Origin: an uncultured delta proteobacterium
Lineage (GTDB): Bacteria > Myxococcota_A > Polyangia > Polyangiales > Polyangiaceae
DNA: 64,000 nucleotides
Direction of reading: 5' to 3'
Assembly: GCA_963696385.1 (NCBI GenBank)
Contig: CAVOKF010000003.1
Span: 128,001-192,000 of the forward strand
Below are positions 59,705 to 64,000 of this stretch, one piece after another (the first letter of the stretch is position 1; each line of letters starts with the position of its first letter). Below the pieces are notes generated by a model that saw nothing but the letters and a program-made list of their open reading frames with translations, was not told where the DNA came from and made no database searches. The translations under genes and the position numbers were made by a program.

Positions 59705-59876
59705 GTACAACCGCCCCGGAACAAAGGGATCGGCCGTGCGGCGTACTTCAATCGCCGGGAGGCGATTGGGGGGTTGGGGGGCGAAGCCCAAGGAAATCAT
59801 CTTGATAGAGCGCCAGCCTGCAAAGCTCGCATATCCGAGCGAAGCTCGGGTATCGTTCAAGGGGGCGTTCTGCTTA
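59702..59876 (+). repeat. Structured intergenic element, copy E
   Basis: Imperfect terminal IR TAAGTACAACCGCCCC / GGGGCGTTCTGCTTA; perfect CAATCGCC-GGGA-GGCGATTG hairpin; GGGGGTTGGGGGGCGAAGCCCAAGGA core. Confidence 0.8.
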
Positions 59877-59923
59877 AAAGTACACCGCGTGGGTGTGCGA
59901 ATCGCGGTAAACGGATGGTTCCC

Positions 59924-59951
59924 TTGACAGTGGAGCAATCGCCCGTAATGT
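59924..59951 (+). promoter_or_regulatory. Putative sigma-70-type promoter of rpmB
   Basis: TTGACA, 16-nt spacer, TAATGT, ending 14 nt before the rpmB ATG. Confidence 0.5.
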
Positions 59952-59964
59952 GGGCGGCGTTATC

Positions 59965-60198
59965 ATGGCCAAGAGCGACATCACCGGCAAGCGCAGGCTC
60001 AAGGCGCACAACGTTTCGCATTCGAACATCAAGACCAACCGCTGGCAGCACGTGAACGTGCAGCGGCGCCGAGTTTGGGTGCCGGAACTGAAGCGTTTTG
60101 TGTCTCTGAACTTGACCACGCGTGACATTCGTACGATCGACAAGCTGGGCATTACGGAATACGCGCGTCGTTACGGCGTTGATCTCAGGCGGGTGTGA
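59965..60198 (+). CDS. rpmB: 50S ribosomal protein L28
   Basis: MAKSDITGK..HNVSHSNIKTNRWQHVNVQ..RTIDKLG. Confidence 0.95.
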   Translation: MAKSDITGKRRLKAHNVSHSNIKTNRWQHVNVQRRRVWVPELKRFVSLNLTTRDIRTIDKLGITEYARRYGVDLRRV

Positions 60199-60268
60199 TC
60201 GGATCGGTTCGACGCCCCCTCGCCGATGCGAATGCGGTCGGCTTGTCGCGTCTGGCGTTGCGGGTCCG

Positions 60269-61270
60269 TCACGCGGACGCGACGACGTGCACGTGGCCGG
60301 TTGCTCGCGACAGCGCGACGGGCTGTCCCCCGGCGACCGCAGCCAAGGCTTCGGTGATCGTCGCCGTTCGAGCGAGCTTCGCGACAACGATGCCCAGCAG
60401 ACGCTGCGCTTCGGGCAACGCGGCGAGTCCGATGGCGAGATCGACCGACCCGCCACGAGCCCGTAAGGCCATCGGCGCCGAGACGATCAGCGGAACGCCC
60501 GGCGCGACCCTCGCTTGGCCGCGCATGACCGGCTGAGCGGCCTTGGGCGCGACGATGCCGAGCGCCGGGATCGCAAGCCCGTCGTCCGGCGCTTCGTAAC
60601 AGGCGACGGCGACCAATCCGCGCGCATCGGCGGCGGCGACCACTTGGGTGGCCGAGGCATCGATGTGCTCTTTGTCGAGCCAAGGCACCATCAGGATTGC
60701 GTTCGAGTCGAGGCCCGGCTCGTCGCAGCGAACGAGTTCCGGCCGGACCGCTGCGAGATCGTGCGCCGTGAGGAGTCCACGCGAGGCGCGGCCCCCCGCA
60801 GCGAGCAGCTCGGTGGCGATGTACCCTGACGACAGCGCCGGGGCACCGCGACGAGCGAATGTTTCGAGCGTGCTCGCTCGTTCGCCCGATCTCCCCTTCG
60901 CTCGGGCCAGAGCGTAACTGCATGCGCGCAGCAGCGACCACGTTCCCGCCGTCGCGATCACTGCGGCAAGCGTTGCAGGAAGCGTTGGAACGGCGATCCG
61001 CGCCGCGTCGGGGACGGGCTCCTGCGCAACGAACCCGCGAGGCCGCGGCGCACCTCGACCGGGCTGACGGAGCCTGCCGTCGAACGCGAGCAACCCCGAT
61101 CCCGCGCCACCCACGATCAGCTGAGCGGGTCCCAGCAACACGGAGGGGACCTCCGCGGCGGCCGCGAGAACCCCAGCGACTACGGCGTCGACCGCGTTGC
61201 CGCGCGCGAGCGCTTCGCGAGCGGCGTCTGCCGCATGCGCGTCGGAGGCGGCGGCGGCGGACTTAGCCAC
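60269..61270 (-). CDS. Shortened gamma-glutamyltransferase-like (Ntn hydrolase) protein
   Basis: LARGNAVDAVVA, FDGRLRQP, IAVP, GLLTAHDLA, TQVVAAADARG. Confidence 0.7.
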   Translation of the reverse strand: MAKSAAAASDAHAADAAREALARGNAVDAVVAGVLAAAAEVPSVLLGPAQLIVGGAGSGLLAFDGRLRQPGRGAPRPRGFVAQEPVPDAARIAVPTLPATLAAVIATAGTWSLLRACSYALARAKGRSGERASTLETFARRGAPALSSGYIATELLAAGGRASRGLLTAHDLAAVRPELVRCDEPGLDSNAILMVPWLDKEHIDASATQVVAAADARGLVAVACYEAPDDGLAIPALGIVAPKAAQPVMRGQARVAPGVPLIVSAPMALRARGGSVDLAIGLAALPEAQRLLGIVVAKLARTATITEALAAVAGGQPVALSRATGHVHVVASA

Positions 61271-61344
61271 GGCGCGAAGCGCTCGGACCGCGCACGTTCA
61301 TTCGAGCCGCAAGGGCCCGACCCCTCTGCCCAGACGACTCGCCC

Positions 61345-62100
61345 TCATTCCTGCTCGTCGTCGCGCACGACGATACCGCCGCCCCGAGGGCGAATGAGCC
61401 TTGATTGCCCGCCGGGCGCCCCAGCCGGAGCGCTCTGCGCGAGCTCACGCAAACGCTTCGCCTCGAGAAGTGCCGAGTCCGTCTCGATGATGGCGAAGAC
61501 CTCGCGAGCTGCCCCAACCGCTCGGAAAATGCGCTCCAAGGCGACCGGGCCGAACGAACGGGTCTCGCCGAGAGCGCGGAGCCGAAGGTACGCGACGGCT
61601 CCACCCGGGACGGCCTCGCGCGCGGGATCGACGGCCAGCACGACGTCCCAGGCGCGAGCTTGCGCGGCCGCATCGTCGGTCTCCCAGACTCCGCTCGGCT
61701 CCCAAACGAAATGGGTAACGTCCCGTGGAAACCGAGCGACAAGCTTTGCGATCCGTTCACGCCATAGGGGACTGGGCGTCACTTCCGGAGGGGTTCGCAG
61801 CACAAAGCACCGCGCCTGCAGCGCATCGATGGCAGCACGGGCTGCCTCGAGCTCACGCTCCGCGCTCTCACTGGGTCGAACCCGCGACAGATGCGGACCG
61901 GCGACGACCGCGAAATGGAACGGAGGGGGAACGGACTTTCGCCAGCGGCGCAGCGTCGCCGCGGTGGGCGTTGCTGCCGGATCCGCGCCCCGCTCTTCGG
62001 TCGCTATGGCAACGCGCACTTCGAGCAGGTCAAATCGCTTGGAATACGAAGCGATGGCGCCACGAAGCTGCTTTGCGCCGATGTGCCAGCGAGTGCTCAT
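61345..62100 (-). CDS. DUF72 family protein
   Basis: YSKRFDLLEV, LRRWRKSVP, LRTPP, VWEPSG.W, VDP, YLRL. Confidence 0.8.
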   Translation of the reverse strand: MSTRWHIGAKQLRGAIASYSKRFDLLEVRVAIATEERGADPAATPTAATLRRWRKSVPPPFHFAVVAGPHLSRVRPSESAERELEAARAAIDALQARCFVLRTPPEVTPSPLWRERIAKLVARFPRDVTHFVWEPSGVWETDDAAAQARAWDVVLAVDPAREAVPGGAVAYLRLRALGETRSFGPVALERIFRAVGAAREVFAIIETDSALLEAKRLRELAQSAPAGAPGGQSRLIRPRGGGIVVRDDEQE

Positions 62101-62185
62101 GTCGGGGGTGATGAGATGTAGTTTAATTTCGTCGGCTGCGTCACGGAAACCGTCTGGCCGGGGAGGCGTGCCACGTGAGGGTCGA

Positions 62186-63067
62186 CTACGCGACGAAGTG
62201 AAACCATTGCGTCGGGTGGTCTCGGACGAAATCCTGCACGGCATTGGCCATTTGCTGAGCCGCGGCGTCGAGATCGACATCGCTGGCGGACCGTGCGATC
62301 ACGATCGGCGGATCCGCAACCACCTTATATCTGCGGTGACCGGTTCGTGCGGCGAAGATCGGAACGATTGGCGCTCCTGTCAGGGCTGCGAGTCGCAGCG
62401 GTCCCTCCGGGACCTTCGCGGTCTCACCGAACATCGTCACACGCCGCCCGCGCTGCCCGGGAGGAGAACGGTCCACCTGGAGAGCGACGATCCCTCCCCC
62501 GCGCAGGTGCCTCGCCAGCGGTAGCGCCGACAGTGGATCGTCGCCGACGTGAGCAACGGCTACCCCGTGACCGCGGCGAACCTCGTCCTGAATCGCACGG
62601 ACGGACGCGTCTCTCTCCGGCGCCTCGGCCACCATGACCCGCAGACCCTTGTCCCGTGCCACTACCCTACCCACCATGTCCCAGCCGGCCGTGTGCGCCG
62701 TGGCGAAGATGGCTCCGCGACCGCGCGACAGCGCCTGTTCGACATGACGTTCGCCCAAACAGCTTGCGCGGACGCATCGTCCTGGGGTCGGGTCGTCCCC
62801 GAGCACCTCCGAAAGGCAGGATGCGTACGTCGCGAACGTGCGCGCGACGTCGGTAGAATCGCGCAGCCAGCCCCGGGATCCGCGCACGCGATGCAGGTTA
62901 CGCGTCACGATTCGGCGGTGCTCGGATGTCAGAGCACAAATGACGACACCGATCACCGGCGGCGAGTACCGCGCGAACCACTCCGGCCCGCGCGCCCCGA
63001 AGCGCGCTGCACGTCTCCAAAACGCACCGTCGAGCGATAGCGGCCCCATCGCCTCAGGCGCTCCCAC
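62186..63067 (-). CDS. Lysophospholipid/lipid A (LpxL-type) acyltransferase family
   Basis: TAHTAGWD, LQVDR, FG, P.GP..LA..TGAP, HPTQWF. Confidence 0.88.
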   Translation of the reverse strand: MGAPEAMGPLSLDGAFWRRAARFGARGPEWFARYSPPVIGVVICALTSEHRRIVTRNLHRVRGSRGWLRDSTDVARTFATYASCLSEVLGDDPTPGRCVRASCLGERHVEQALSRGRGAIFATAHTAGWDMVGRVVARDKGLRVMVAEAPERDASVRAIQDEVRRGHGVAVAHVGDDPLSALPLARHLRGGGIVALQVDRSPPGQRGRRVTMFGETAKVPEGPLRLAALTGAPIVPIFAARTGHRRYKVVADPPIVIARSASDVDLDAAAQQMANAVQDFVRDHPTQWFHFVA

Positions 63068-63074
63068 CGCTCAT

Positions 63075-64000
63075 TTAGACCCGGATGATCGCGGGCGATC
63101 CACTGAGGAGCTCATCCAACCAGGCGGCGCCCAGCTTCTCCTGCATCGAGTTGGCTCGAAGTCGATCGTGCAGATTGCGGAAATCGACGTCGTCGAGATT
63201 CTGGTCTTGGTTGAAGCACGTGAAGACCACTCGTTCCTTTCCGGTGACCGGGTCGCGCAACTTCTGAAGGCATTGCGCACAGACCTCCTTCATCATGCAT
63301 TGCATGGGTGAATTGATGCTTCCGATCGCCCGGTGCCGGGGATTGAGAAACGGTGCCAGAACTCCGTGCCGAGCCTCGCGCACGGCGTTCATCATGGCGT
63401 CGCTGCCGATGGCGATGATTCGAACGACCTCATGGAGCGCGATGGCGGGGGGCCCGTCCATCGACCCGCTCGCGTACGCGTGCATCGCCTGAACGATGTT
63501 TCCGCGGAAATACTTGTCTTGAGGGCGGTGCGGCTCGATGGCCGCGCCCCCATCGGTGCACCAGATCACCTGGTCGGTCCAGCGTTCGATGTCTTCGCGT
63601 TTGAACAGGTCTTCGCCGCGCCGGTAGCCAGCGAAGTAGAGCACCCTGCCGCCGAGAGCCCTGAACGCACGGGCGATGGAGAACAGAACCGCGTTGCCGA
63701 GACCGCCGCCACAGAGCAGCACGGTCTCTCGTCTCGCCAGCTCGGTCGGTTGGCCCGTGGGTCCCATGAGAACAATGGGCTCTCCCGGGACGAGCGCCGC
63801 GCAGAGACGCGAGCTTCCGCCCATTTCAAGCACGATCGTGCCCAGTAAGCCCCTTTCGACGTCCACCCATGCACCCGTGAGTGCGAGCCCCTCCATCGCC
63901 AGTCGGACGTGAGCCGCCTCTTCGGGGTCGCCGGGCTGGTCGCCCGGCCGGTCGACATCCACGACGGGGGCGAACGTCTCGAAATTCTGAAGTCGGTAAA
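63075..64000 (-). CDS. C-terminal FAD/NAD-binding, [2Fe-2S] (PyrK/NfnA-like) region of an oxidoreductase (5' partial)
   Basis: MGPTG, GGGLGNA, AIGSD.MM, SINSPMQCMMKEVCAQC..FTC; frame open to the window edge. Confidence 0.8.
   Translation of the reverse strand, partial: YRLQNFETFAPVVDVDRPGDQPGDPEEAAHVRLAMEGLALTGAWVDVERGLLGTIVLEMGGSSRLCAALVPGEPIVLMGPTGQPTELARRETVLLCGGGLGNAVLFSIARAFRALGGRVLYFAGYRRGEDLFKREDIERWTDQVIWCTDGGAAIEPHRPQDKYFRGNIVQAMHAYASGSMDGPPAIALHEVVRIIAIGSDAMMNAVREARHGVLAPFLNPRHRAIGSINSPMQCMMKEVCAQCLQKLRDPVTGKERVVFTCFNQDQNLDDVDFRNLHDRLRANSMQEKLGAAWLDELLSGSPAIIRV

Overview
GC-rich chromosomal segment, most likely from a myxobacterium (Myxococcota, Polyangiales-like). This is inferred from the Ser/Thr kinase-ATPase-TPR protein, the FHA-sigma54 activator, the TIGR04552-like protein and the TPR/PEGA-type proteins. 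Most of it is housekeeping: zwf-opcA-pgl, glk, ruvX-mltG, hisS, lnt, leuS-lptE, panB, yicC-gmk-mtnP, trpG-trpD-trpC-xerD and rpmB. I recognised no rRNA, tRNA, CRISPR array, transposase or prophage. Two observations stand out. (1) Five dispersed ~160-190 bp intergenic elements (33.8, 35.3, 43.9, 58.7, 59.7 kb) have diverged in sequence but keep the same secondary structure: stem domain, GGGA-loop hairpin, GGGGGT, GGG..CCC mini-hairpin, GGA, then a stem domain with GCnnAGC plus a 9-10 bp hairpin. All five are on the + strand and each abuts or supplies a stop codon. (2) A ubiquitin-like sulfur-carrier operon (cysK-moeB-Ubl-pseudoE1-cysM-JAB) has an E1 that appears split. The catalytic MoeB lacks its N-terminal RxxRQ arm, and a 118-aa pseudo-E1 carries that arm, as in eukaryotic heterodimeric E1s. 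Lesser observations: a RelA/SpoT-synthetase-like gene upstream of yicC-gmk, a frameshifted DUF72 gene, a miniature GGT-like gene and a 4x43-bp tandem repeat. All family calls come from motif recognition; no searches were run.
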